Shown here: piece after piece, positions 1-10,729 of the stretch | How positions within the stretch are numbered: the first letter of the stretch is position 1 | Layout: each line of letters begins with the position of its first letter | DNA from: Macrostomum lignano | Lineage: Eukaryota | Direction: 5' to 3' | Assembly (NCBI GenBank): GCA_002269645.1 | Contig: NIVC01001237.1 | Location: forward strand, 124,001-188,000 | Length of the DNA stretch: 64,000 bases | Translations under genes and position numbers: made by a program | Notes under the pieces: model-generated | The model's input: the letters and a program-made list of their open reading frames with translations, nothing else | Databases searched by the model: none | What the model was told of the DNA's origin: nothing

Positions 1-277
1 GTTTTGTGAAGAAGGCTTTTCCTGGCTATGGCCTATAGAAAGGCCTGATTACGCAATCGTTAGGCGGCCTTCTGCTCTCTCTCTCTCTCTCTCCCTCCGT
101 CTGTCTCGTTCCAATTCGGCTTATTCATTCATTTCAAACGCGGCCCTTTGGAGGAGTATAGGAGTATATAGGCGGGGGTCCTCGTTCGCCGTTGGCTCGA
201 CCAATATAATTTCATCTCTTGGCCCTGTATATACCCCTTCCCCTATAGCACACACCAGTGTCCGAGTCGCGTAATTC

Positions 278-352
278 GTAAGAGCAGAAAAGGCGACAGT
301 GTTCGGAGAAAGAGAGAGAATTTCAGTCTGACTGACTCAGCTTACTTACCAG
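278..352 (+). other. Possible 75-nt 5'UTR intron of the RAR gene
   Basis: GTAAGA donor-like site at 278, branch-like ACTGAC, and CTTACTTACCAG acceptor ending at 352, 82 nt before the ATG. Size matches other short introns here (72-76 nt). Confidence 0.3.
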
Positions 353-433
353 ATTTATAAACTTTGTAATACATATAGAAAACCGCTAGATGTCGAATAC
401 TTAGCGGCATTCGAATAATGAATCCCGTTGCCA

Positions 434-3400
434 ATGGACCACGCTGAAACGCTGGACCTGATCTGCAGTTTAGAGCGAGAAATTTTCTGTTCGGCAACCG
501 ACACCACAGATTCTGAGGACAGATGGAGGTCTGCGACATCTGCGGCTGCTGAAACTTCCGTGTCGGCTGGTGCTGTTGTGTCGCCCGAGTCGTCTGAAGG
601 CGACCCGGATCTCATTGTTCAGCAACAGCAGGAGCAGCAGACTAAAGCAGCCGCCACCATAACACTGGTTAAGTTGGAGCCGTCACAAAACCGGCAAAAA
701 GTTGAACAGGAGGAAGTCGGTAGTCATGCCAACAACAACAACACCAACAATAATAACAACAATGAGGATGCAGCCACTGCTGCTGCTGCTGATAACGATT
801 TGACACCGCCTCGAGTGTACAAACCTTGCGTTGTGTGCGGCGACAAGAGCTCCGGTTATCACTACGGTGTCAGCTCGTGCGAAGGCTGCAAGGTGAGGCA
901 CCAGTTTTAAGATTTGTGAAGTTTAAAATGTGATCTGTTGCTTAGTGTTAGTCTTGGCCTGTAGTGTAACATGTGATCTGTAGCTTAGGGTTAGTCTTGG
1001 CCTGTAGTTTAACATGTGATCTGTAGCTTAGTGTTAGTCTTGGCCTGTAGTTTAACATGTGATCTGTAGCTTAGTGTTAGTCTTGGCCTGTAGTTTAACA
1101 TGTGATCTGTAGCTTAGTGTTAGTCTTGGCCTGTAGTTTAACATGTGATCTGTAGCTTAGGGTTAGTCTTGGCCTGTAGTTTAACATGTGATCTGTAGCT
1201 TAGGGTTAGTCTTGGCCTGTAGTTTAACATGTGATCTGTAGCTTAGGGTTAGTCTTGGCCTGTAGTGTAACATGTGATCTGTAGCTTAGGGTTAGTCTTG
1301 GTCTGTAGTGTAACATGTGATCTGTAGCTTAGGGTTAGTCTTGGCCTGTAGTTTAACATGTGATCTGTAGCTTAGGGTTAGTCTTGGCCTGTAGTGTAAC
1401 ATGTGATCTGTAGCTTAGGGTTAGTCTTGGCCTGTAGTGTAACACCAGGGTTGATCTAGGCCCCTGGAGTGCAGCCTACAAAGAACATGTACTTACTTTG
1501 ATAATCGTACACGTAAAACGTTCCAACCAAACGTTCTTACAGGGCTTCTTCCGTCGCAGCATTCAGAAGAGTCTCGTGTACAGCTGTCAGAAATCCGATC
1601 AATGCGAGGTGACCAGACAGACCAGGAACAGGTGTCAGTCTTGCCGGCTGAGAAAGTGCATCGCTGGCGGCATGTCTAGGGAGGCTGTTCGAACCGATGC
1701 GACATCATCGGGAACAGTGAGAACAGCTCAAGCCTGCCAGCAGCAGCAGCAGCAGCAGTTGCTGTCAGAGTCAGACACTCAATTGTTGGAATCACTGAGC
1801 CGAGCCTACGCAGAGCTGATTGACAGACGAGTTGACAAGAATTCCGTCGAAGAAGAATCTGTTGCAGATTCTGAGGCGCAGATAAGCGGAGACAATGAAA
1901 CTGATGCGGGGGCGGAGAGAGTCTGGCAGCTCACTGACCTGCTGTCGGTGAGTTCACAGTCGCATTGTACTGGCTGTTTATTGAATAATAATGTGGCATG
2001 TGTAGGATACTACTATAAGTAAACAGAACGGATATGTCACCGTATTTGTTTATCTAAATGTGCTCAAGTTGCTAAATCAGTGCTCAACCAGTATACGTGT
2101 TTGAGTCAGTGTACCGATGGGGCCTCATAGTCTGTCAGTGACTCAATTACATCATAATACACTTAATTAGACCATAAAGAACTCGATTAGACAATCAGTG
2201 ACTCAATTAGACCACGAATTACTCAATTAGACCACCAATGACTCAATTAGACCATCAATGACTCAATTAGACCATGAATGACTCAATTAGACCATCAGTG
2301 ACTCAACTGGTGCCCTAGTGACTCAGTCAGAATGTCACTGATGACTCAACTACTGTTGCCAGACTCAATCAGTGCATCCCAGTGACTCAAGCCTCATCGC
2401 CAACTCCCCCAGGTGTCGTCAGTGCAGCGCGTGATCTCATTCGCCCGAGCGCTGCCCGAGTTCAGCAGCCTCCTGCCCGAAGATCAGAGCACCCTATTGA
2501 AGTGCGCGATGCACGAAATCCTCGTGCTGCAGCTGGCCAGCAGCTACGACAGCCAGACTGACCGATTCCAGTTCTCGTCAACCAGCATCAGCTCCGCCGG
2601 GCTTGAGGCTCTGGGATTTCGGCATATTCTGCACAATCTGGCCCAGATTGGCAGCAGCTTGGCGCGCCACCGACTTGTCAGCGAGGAGCTGGCGCTGCTG
2701 GCAGCCGTGGCCATCTTTGCCGACGGTGAGTCCGGCCAGCTCAGCGCTGTGTACCGTCTGACACAGCTTCAGTGCCCGCAGCTGCCTGCATCTACTATGA
2801 GTAGCTCTTGTCTCATTCTGTTCCGTTCTTTCTTCCATAACTCGCTGTCTTCCTACTCTCACTCTCTATCGGAATCTGCATCTCACTCTCTCTCTTACCC
2901 TCCCTCTTACTGCCCTCTCACTCTCCCTCTCGCTCTCCTCTCACTCTCCTCTCACTCTCTCACTCTCTATCGGAATCTGCATCTCACTCTCTCTCTTACC
3001 CTCCCTCTTACTGCCCTCTCAATCTCCCTCTCGCTCTCCTTCTCACTCTCCTCTCTCACTCTCCCCTCTCACTCTTCCCTCTCACTCTCCCCTCTCACTC
3101 TCCCCTCTCACTCTCCCCTCTCACTCTCCCCTCTCACTCTCCCCTCTCAATCTCTTCTCTCACTCTCCCCTCTCACTCTCCCTCTCACTCTCCCCTCTCA
3201 CTCTCCCCTCTCACTCTCCCCTCTCACTCTCCCCTCTCACTCTCCCCTCTCACTCTCCCCTCTCACTCTCCCCTCTCACTCTCCCCTCTCACTCTCCCCT
3301 CTCACTCTCCCCTCTCACTCTCCCCTCTCAATCTCTTCTCTCACTCTCCCCTCTCACTCTCCCCTCTCACTCTCCCCTCTCACTCTCCCCTCTCACTCTC

Positions 3401-5496
3401 CCCTCTCACTCTCCCCTCTCACTCTCCCCTCTCACTCTCCCCTCTCAATCTCTTCTCTCACTCTCCCCTCTCACTCTCCCCTCTCACTCTCCCCTCTCAC
3501 TCTCCCCTCTCACTCACTCATTTTCTCCCAGTTTTCCTTTCCTCTTCCTATCCCTACTCAATGGTCCTCAGTCACACTGTCTGCACCAGTTTCCGCTTTC
3601 ACTATTCTCCCATGCTCCCATCCTAATGCCCCGTCTCCAGATTCGCAAATTAATCATTTAAATGCATTTCTATTATAATGATGCGAGCCCAATTCTACCA
3701 GGGGGATCTCTGAATTGACTTGAATTGAAAACAAAACTGCAGATCACATGGAGCTGAAGGACCCAGATCGCGTGTCCCAGTGCCAGCAGAAAATCCTCGG
3801 CTTGCTGCTGCGCTACCTCAGAGCTGCCCATCCGAACGATCGGGTCCGATTGGCCAGGATCGTCTCCACTGTTGTGCAGCTCAGGGAGGTGTCAGTCAAA
3901 GGTATGCAGTTTGATTGCGCAACATCGTCTCACCAACATGCAGCGCTGACGGCAGCTCTGCCCATTCCACTGACTCCTGAGCAGATGCAAGCGCGCCAAT
4001 ACCGTACTCATTCACACGCTCACCTCAGTCTCACTTCCAGTCTCATCCCCCAGTCTCACCTCAGTCTCATCTCCAGTCTCATCCCGTCTCATCCCAGTCT
4101 CATCCCCCAGTCTCATCCCCCAGTCTCACCTCAGTCTCATCCCCAGTCTCATCCTGAGTCTCACTCCCAGTCTCATCCTGAGTCTCATCCTGAGTCTCAC
4201 TCCCAGTCTCATCCTGAGTCTCATCCTGAGTCTCACTCCCAGTCTCACCCCCAGTCTCATCCTGAGTCTCACTCCCAGTCTCACTCCCAGTCTCACCCCC
4301 AGTCTCACCACCAGTCTCATCCCACAGTCTCACCCCCAGTCTCATCCCCCAGTCTCACTCCCAGTCTCATCCCCCAGTCTCACCTCAGTCTCATCCCCAG
4401 TCTCACCTTAGTCTTATCCCAAGTCTCATCCTCAGTCTCACCCACAGTCTCATCCCCCAGTTTTATCTCCAGTCTCACACCCAGTCTCACCTCAGTCTCA
4501 CCCCCAGTCTCATCCTGAGTCTCACTCCCAGTCTCACTCCCAGTCTCATCCCCAGTCTCACCCCCAGTCTCACCCCCAGTCTCATCCCACAGTCTCACCC
4601 CCGTTCTCATCCCCCAGTCTCACTCCCAGTCTCATCCCCCAGTCCCACCTCAGTCTCATCCCCCAGTCTCACCTCAGTCTCATCCCCAGTCTCACCTTAG
4701 TCTTATCCCAAGTCTCATCCTCAGTCTCACCCACAGTCTCATCCCCCAGTTTTATCTCCAGTCTCACACCCAGTCTCACCTCAGTCTCACCCCCAGTCTC
4801 ATCCTGAGTCTCACTCCCAGTCTCACTCCCAGTCTCATCCCCCAGTCTCACCCCCAGTCTCACCCCCAGTCTCATCCCACAGTCTCACCCCCGTTCTCAT
4901 CCCCCAGTCTCACTCCCAGTCTCATCCCCCAGTCTCACCTCAGTCTCATCCCCCAGTCTCACCTCAGTCTCATCCCCAGTCTCACCTTAGTCTTATCCCA
5001 AGTCTCATCCTCAGTCTCACCCACAGTCTCATCCCCCAGTTTTATCCCCAGTCTAACCCCCAGTCTCGCCCCAGTCTCACCCCCAGTCTCATCCTGAGTC
5101 TCACTCCCAGTCTCATCCCCCAGTCTCACCCCCAGTCTCACCCCCAGTCTCATCCCACAGTCTCACCCCAGTCTCATCCCCCAGTCTCACTCCCAGTCTC
5201 ATCCCACAGTCTCACCCCCAGTCTCATCCCCCAGTCTCACTCTCAGTCTCATCCCCCAGTCTCACCTCAGTCTCATCCCCAGTCTCATCTCCAGTCTTAT
5301 CCCAAGTCTCATCCTCAGTCTCACCCACAGTCTCACCCCAGTCTTTCCAGTCTCATCCCAATCTATTCTGCATTCTGTCTCGCGCTCCGCAGGTTCTGGC
5401 AACGTGCTGCAGCTGAAGATGCAGCACGCAGGCGGCGAGGTCCCCCCTCTGGTGGCGGAGATCATGGACCGCGAAGACATCATCTCGTATCCGTGA
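434..5496 (+). CDS. RAR: Retinoic acid receptor (NR1B) orthologue, 5 coding exons, about 479 aa
   Basis: Exons 434-892, 1543-1947, 2413-2725, 3743-3901, 5393-5496; all GT-AG, phases 0/0/1/1, total 1440 nt. The DBD reads [29 protein letters not shown]|[15 protein letters not shown]...[26 protein letters not shown], nearly identical to the RAR DBD and T-box. LBD signature [17 protein letters not shown]. The C-terminal LKM...PPLVAEIM matches RAR helix 11/AF-2 (LKMEIPGSMPPLIQEML). Confidence 0.93.
929..1444. repeat. 43-bp minisatellite, about 12 copies (RAR intron 1)
   Basis: Unit TGTGATCTGTAGCTTAGGGTTAGTCTTGGCCTGTAGTTTAACA. Confidence 0.95.
2137..2390. repeat. Degenerate 20-bp tandem repeat containing TGACTCA (RAR intron 2)
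   Basis: Unit approximately TGACTCAATTAGACCATCAA. Confidence 0.85.
2910..3515. repeat. CT-rich tandem array (RAR intron 3)
   Basis: Repeats of CTCTCACTCTCCC. Confidence 0.95.
4015..5360. repeat. C-rich tandem array with higher-order duplications (RAR intron 4)
   Basis: Repeats of CCCAGTCTCA(T/C); larger blocks recur at about 4390, 4680 and 4970. Confidence 0.95.
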
Positions 5497-6044
5497 TTCA
5501 ATCGGTTAGAAGTCCTTGAATTGCTTCGATAATATCCCAGAGTTCAGATATATAAAATGTTTAATAATTAAACGCAGTATTAAACGCTGGAGTCTAACAG
5601 TTTCTTAAGCTCGTATTTTTTGCTTGATTTTTTTTCATCACTCTGCATCATAGGATGCGCAGTTGCTATGGGAAACTGACCATAATTCCCTTTTGTTAGC
5701 CAACGACATTGCATCCTTGTACATAGCCAACAAAGCAAAGGTTCGTATTCAGGGATATTGTGAATAAATTTGCATTATATAACATTAGTGTTGTGTGCAC
5801 TATTTATTTGTCACAATATTTTTCAACAAAAATTATCGATCCTTATATTTTTTCCAAGCCGCTTCTACTTCAGACCAGCTTCAGATGTTTGTTATACAAT
5901 TTCTCCACTGCGGTGTACATACTGTGCGTACTCTTCATTTATTGCTTTTCATACTGGTGACTATTGCTGTACTTTTACACGCATTTGGACTGTTTTGTGA
6001 TTTCACTATCAGCAATGATGACTAATTACTCTGCAGCTACCTGA

Positions 6045-6575
6045 CTCCTTGTGTCACTCCCATCCCTCCGTGTGTCACTCCCATCCCCGTGTGTCACTCC
6101 CATCCCGTGTCAGTTCCATCACCGTGTGTCACTCCCACCCCTCCGTGTGTCACTCCCATCCCTCAGTGTGTCACTCCCATCCCCGTGTGTCACTCCCATC
6201 CCTCCGTGTATCACTCCTATCCCTCCGTGTGTCACTCCCATCCCCGTGTATCACTCCCATCCCTCCGTGTGTCACTCCAATCCCTCCGTGTGTCACTCCC
6301 ACTCCTCCGTGTGTCACTCCCATCCCCGTGTGTCACTCCCATCCCTCCATGTGTCACTCCCATCCCCCCGTGTATCACTCCCATCCCTCAGTGTGTCACT
6401 CCCATCCGCGTGTATCACTCCCATCCGCGTGTATCACTCCCATCCGCGTGTATCACTCCCATCCGCGTGTATCGCTCCCATCCGCGTGTATCACTCCCAT
6501 CCCCGTGTCACTCCCATCCGCGTGTGTCACTCTCATCCCCATGTGTCACCCCCATCCGCGTGTGTCACACCACTA
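6045..6575. repeat. About 21-bp minisatellite downstream of RAR
   Basis: Unit GTGTCACTCCCATCCCTCCGT and variants. Confidence 0.93.
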
Positions 6576-7249
6576 TCAATACCCCAAGATAAAAATTGGC
6601 ATCAACTCTATTTCAAATCATTCATTTAAAAAATTTTTCTGTGGCTATTAATATAGCGAAAATGTTAAATTGATTTACAACCCTTCAAGAAGCTCAAATC
6701 TAAAATGTATATTTATCCTGCTCTTGCTGTAAACTATCGCTGTAGTTTGATATTTTCGTCATTTTTATTTGTAACATTTTTCCATTTTTATTCCAAATAT
6801 TTTTATGGCTAACTATTAATTCACTTGTTCGCATTGTGCGAGCCTTATTTTCTGAGCGAAACTATGAGTGCTTCACTAACTCGTACCGAAACAATCAGTA
6901 TGCGCGTATTTTTGTTTTACTTATTGTACGTCGTACAAATTTAAATTAATACTATTTTGCGCATTATAACAAATACGAAACCGGTCAAATCTGTTAATTT
7001 TTGTTTAAAAGCATTTTTCGCAAGCTTCAACCGCTAAAAACCAATCATATTTTTCTTATGAGCAAACAATTTACTATTAATGTACTTTATGCGTAAACCA
7101 CTTTCTTGTCTCAAAAGACATTAATGCTAAATTAATGCATATTTTTATCTATTTCAATAAACGACTGAGTTTTACGAGCTTCGTGTCGGATTATTGTTTT
7201 AAATTTGAAGTTTGCCTTCGTCTTGATATTCTATGTTGTTAATACTCTC

Positions 7250-7887
7250 TGTATGGCTGTCTGTCTGTCTGGCTGTCTGTTTGTCTGTTTGTGTCTGTTT
7301 GTCTGTCTGTCTGTCTGCCTTAGTGTCTGTCTTAGTGTCTGTTTTAGTGTCTGTCTTAGTGTCTGTCTTAGTGTCTGTCTTAGTGTCTTTCTTAGTGTCT
7401 GTCTTAGTGTCTGTCTGTCTTAATGTCTGGCTTAGTGTCTGTCTTAGTGGCTGTCTTAGTGTCTGTCTTAGTGGCTGTCTTAGTGTCTGTCTTAGTGGCT
7501 GTCTGTCTGTCTTAGTGTCTTTCTTAGTGTCTGTCTGTCTGTCTTAGTGTCTGTCTGTCTGTCTTAGTGTCTGTCTTAGTGTCTGTCTGTCTGTCTTAGT
7601 GTCTTTCTTAGTGTCTGTCTGTCTGTCTTAGTGTCTGTCTTAGTGTCTGTCTGTCTGTCTTAGTGTCTGTCTTAGTGTCTGTCTGTCTGTCTTAGTGTCT
7701 GTCTGTCTGTCTTAGTGTCTGTCTTAGTGTCTGTCTGTCTTAATGTCTGGCTTAGTGTCTGTCTTAGTGGCTGTCTTAGTGTCTGTCTGTCTTAATGTCT
7801 GGCTTAGTGTCTGTCTTAGTGGCTGTCTTAGTGTCTGTCTTAGTGGCTGTCTTAGTGTCTGTCTTAGTGGCTGTCTGTCTGTCTTAG

Positions 7888-7924
<37 letters not shown>

Positions 7925-7925
7925 G
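7250..7925. repeat. TCTG / TCTTAGTGTCTG tandem array
   Basis: Directly visible 4-bp and 12-bp units. Confidence 0.93.
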
Positions 7926-8178
7926 GCTGAGCAACAGTTTCAAAAGGAATTAACAGTTTCAAGCGGAATTAACACAAAGACGCGACCCGAAGATTTTCAG
8001 GCCTTTCGGTTTGCAAAGTGATTTCAAAGATCTGTCATTGTATTTTTTTAGCGTTTTTGAAATTGTTGCTTCAAATGTTGGATTGCAGAGTCCTCGGGAT
8101 GGCGTGCTCAATCTGCAGACAGGAATTCCTTCTGCTTGATGAAGCTGCAGTCACAGGTGCTTGGCTGCTCCCCAGCTC

Positions 8179-9285
8179 TCAGCTGCCATAAAAGTGTCGG
8201 CTCGTCAGTCGCTTGCCAAACCTGCAATGGGCACGCGTAGAAAAATCGCTTGAAACATTTTTGTCAGTTTGAGAGTTCAAGACTGACAGTTGCTGGGTTG
8301 CATGGGGGGGATTTTCACCTCGATTTTTTCCCTAGCAGGAGCAGAGGGCGCGTGGGAGGCGCCTGGCAACAATAGCAGGATTGCAGCGGACGCCGTGGCC
8401 CGAGTCCTCTTCGCTCGGGTTGAGCTCAAACTGTTGTACAAGGAATTCTTTTGTTTTTTATCTATGAATATGATTAGGATCCTTACCTACAGCTGACTTT
8501 CTCTCCCAGCATGTTTTTTTTCACAGCGCTGGCGTGTGTTCACAGCTAGCAGTTGCTGGCTTCACTCAACTCTCTTCTTCATTCTTCTCATGCTACTTGG
8601 AAGCCACTTGAACTGTCTGCCACCTGGCTCTCTTTTCGCACTTTCACGTTGTCACATTGACATTCGAAATCTCATGCATGTAGCTTTTTTTAGCGATGTA
8701 TATTTTTTTTAGGCGCTAGATTAGATAATTAATCTCTTAATAAAGACAACTAATTAATAACCAGATAAGATGTTTAGGGCCCCCGATTAAATAGTTAAAC
8801 GCCATATTAGATAATTAGGCGACAGTGCTAAGACGATTAGGCACTGGATTAGATAATTAGGTGCTAAATAAATTTGTTAGGCACCAAATAAACAGGTTAA
8901 GCGCTAGTTTAGATAATTAGATGAGACAATTAGGTAAAATATTAGATAATTAGGCAGCAGCTTAGATAATTAGGCGGTAGATTGGATATTTAGGCAGCAG
9001 GTTAGATAATTAAGCAGCAGATTAAATAATTAGGCGGCCTCACCTCTGCCTGCCCAGCAGTTTCAGGTAAGTCTCCAGCCGGTCCATGTACGCTTCGAAT
9101 TGCTCAGCCGATTCAAATTTTGGCGGCGCCACCGAGAATTGACGGCGTCTGGCCAGCCGGTGGGGGACAGTCCAACCAAAGTCCGCGTCGTTTTCTCCTG
9201 GCTGAGTTGCCATGGCAACCGTTGAAGTGACGGCCAACAGAACTAGCGGCAGGGATATTAGAAGCACGCGAGCAGCGATTCCCAT
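8179..9285 (-). CDS. NPF: Neuropeptide F / NPY-family precursor, 2 coding exons, 94 aa
   Basis: Exons 9285-9044 and 8221-8179. Signal peptide MGIAARVLLISLPLVLLAVTSTVAMA, then an RRR cleavage site. Mature QFSVAPPKFESAEQFEAYMDRLETYLKLLGRQRF is followed by GKR (amidation). Tyr at positions 10 and 17 from the C-terminus. A phase-2 intron splits the penultimate Arg codon (AG|G), as in NPY/NPF genes. Confidence 0.93.
8740..9035. repeat. Degenerate TTAGATAATTAGGC repeat in the NPF intron
   Basis: About a dozen imperfect copies next to the donor site. Confidence 0.75.
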
Positions 9286-9499
9286 ATCGGCAGAGGTCAG
9301 TTTCTTCTCAGAAAAAAAGTTCTCAACTCTAGCTCGCACAGTTTATCGGCAGAGGTCGGCTCTGGTGGATCAGCTTTGGGATTTTTGTACCGCTTTTTAG
9401 TCGCTGCTTATTGGACTTGGGACTGTTGAGAAACCCCCGTGTGCGTACCTGATTGGGTGCGTTGCTGTGAGGATTTGAGCCAAACTTTTGTCCTGGCCT

Positions 9500-9900
9500 G
9501 AGAGAAGAGAGGGAAAATTGAGAAAAAGTAACAGAGGAGAGAGGAGAGGGGAGAGATGAGAGAAAAGAGGGGAGAGGAGACCAGAAGAGATGTGAGAGGA
9601 GAATAGAGAGATGAGAGAGGAGAGGGGAGAGATGAGATAAGGGGAGGGAAAGATGAGATAGGAGAGGGAGAGATAAGACCGGAGAAGAGGAGAATTGAGA
9701 GAGGAGAATTGAGAGATGAGAGAGAAGAGGGGAGAGATGGGAGAGGAGAGGGGAGAGATGGGAGAGGAGAGGGGAGAGATAGAGAGAAGGATGGAGAGAT
9801 GAGATAGGAAAGGGGTTGAGATACTCGTAAGAGGGGAGAGAGGCTGGAAGAGATGAGAGGGGAGAGAGGGGAGCGGGGAGAACCGGTGAGAGAGGGAAGA
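9500..9900. repeat. GA-rich polypurine tract
   Basis: GAGAGGAGAGGG-type low complexity. Confidence 0.9.
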
Positions 9901-10729
9901 TGAGCGGGTTGAGGGAATAGTTCTACAAACAAACTAGATTAATTGAGAAACTACACTCAATTTCTCACAAGCTGTTTTTTTGCTTATTTGGGCTCAACGA
10001 AATTACAAAGCTGATATTCTGCTCACGTTTGACGCTCATACATATATTTAGATTCTTAATTCTGTAAAAGTTAAATTCGAGTCATGATTGGCTTTTTAAT
10101 TTAAATTAGAATTTCGAAAAAAGCACATTACGGGTGCATGTTACAATATTGAATGCATATCCTTGTCCTTAATTAAAGGACTTCAATTACTCACTTTTCC
10201 CAACTCCGAGTAAAGCTAGATTATAAGGCCGACCATGATACCGGCATATTGAACTCTATTATGCAGCAATTTAAAAACTAACTAAGGCCCAAAATAAATT
10301 AACAAGAATGTTTGGGCACCACTGCACCAGCTCAGAATAATTGATAAGCAACGTGGATGATATTGTTAAGCACCCCTGTACATGTTAGGCTTCACAGATT
10401 AATACTGATAAGTGGATCGATAAGCGCCATAGATTAAGCCTCCTGTACACGATCGATAAGGGCCAGAGAAATATTGTTAAGCGCCACAGGCATACTGATA
10501 AGCGCAATGAAGAGCGATAAGAGAGATATGATAAGCGGAATGCAAAGGTTTAATACGAGCCACAGTACATGTACATATTTATCTCTACAGAGAATGACTG
10601 ATAAGCATCATAGAAAAGTTTATTACGCGCGATGGAAAGGATTGTTAAGCGCTATTGATAAGTCGATTTTTAAGCGTCATATAATTGTTAAGCGTCATTA
10701 GAGATAAGATTTTTAAACACCAAGGATAA

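Noticed and set aside
929-1444. Interstitial telomeric sequence (TTAGGGTTAG within the unit)
   Set aside because: Only about 1.5 hexamers per 43-bp unit and absent from some copies; not a (TTAGGG)n tract.
2726-4518. Ser/Leu/Pro/His-rich extensions of ORFs 2413-3678 and 3748-4518
   Set aside because: They run past clear donors (GTGAGT at 2726, GTATGC at 3902) into intronic repeats; the spliced model restores the RAR LBD.
9285-9357. RAR response element at the NPF start (14-bp direct repeat TATCGGCAGAGGTC with AGGTCA/AGGTCG)
   Set aside because: Half-sites are 59 bp apart and do not form DR1/DR2/DR5; a single hexamer is expected by chance. No evidence links RAR to the neighbouring NPF gene.
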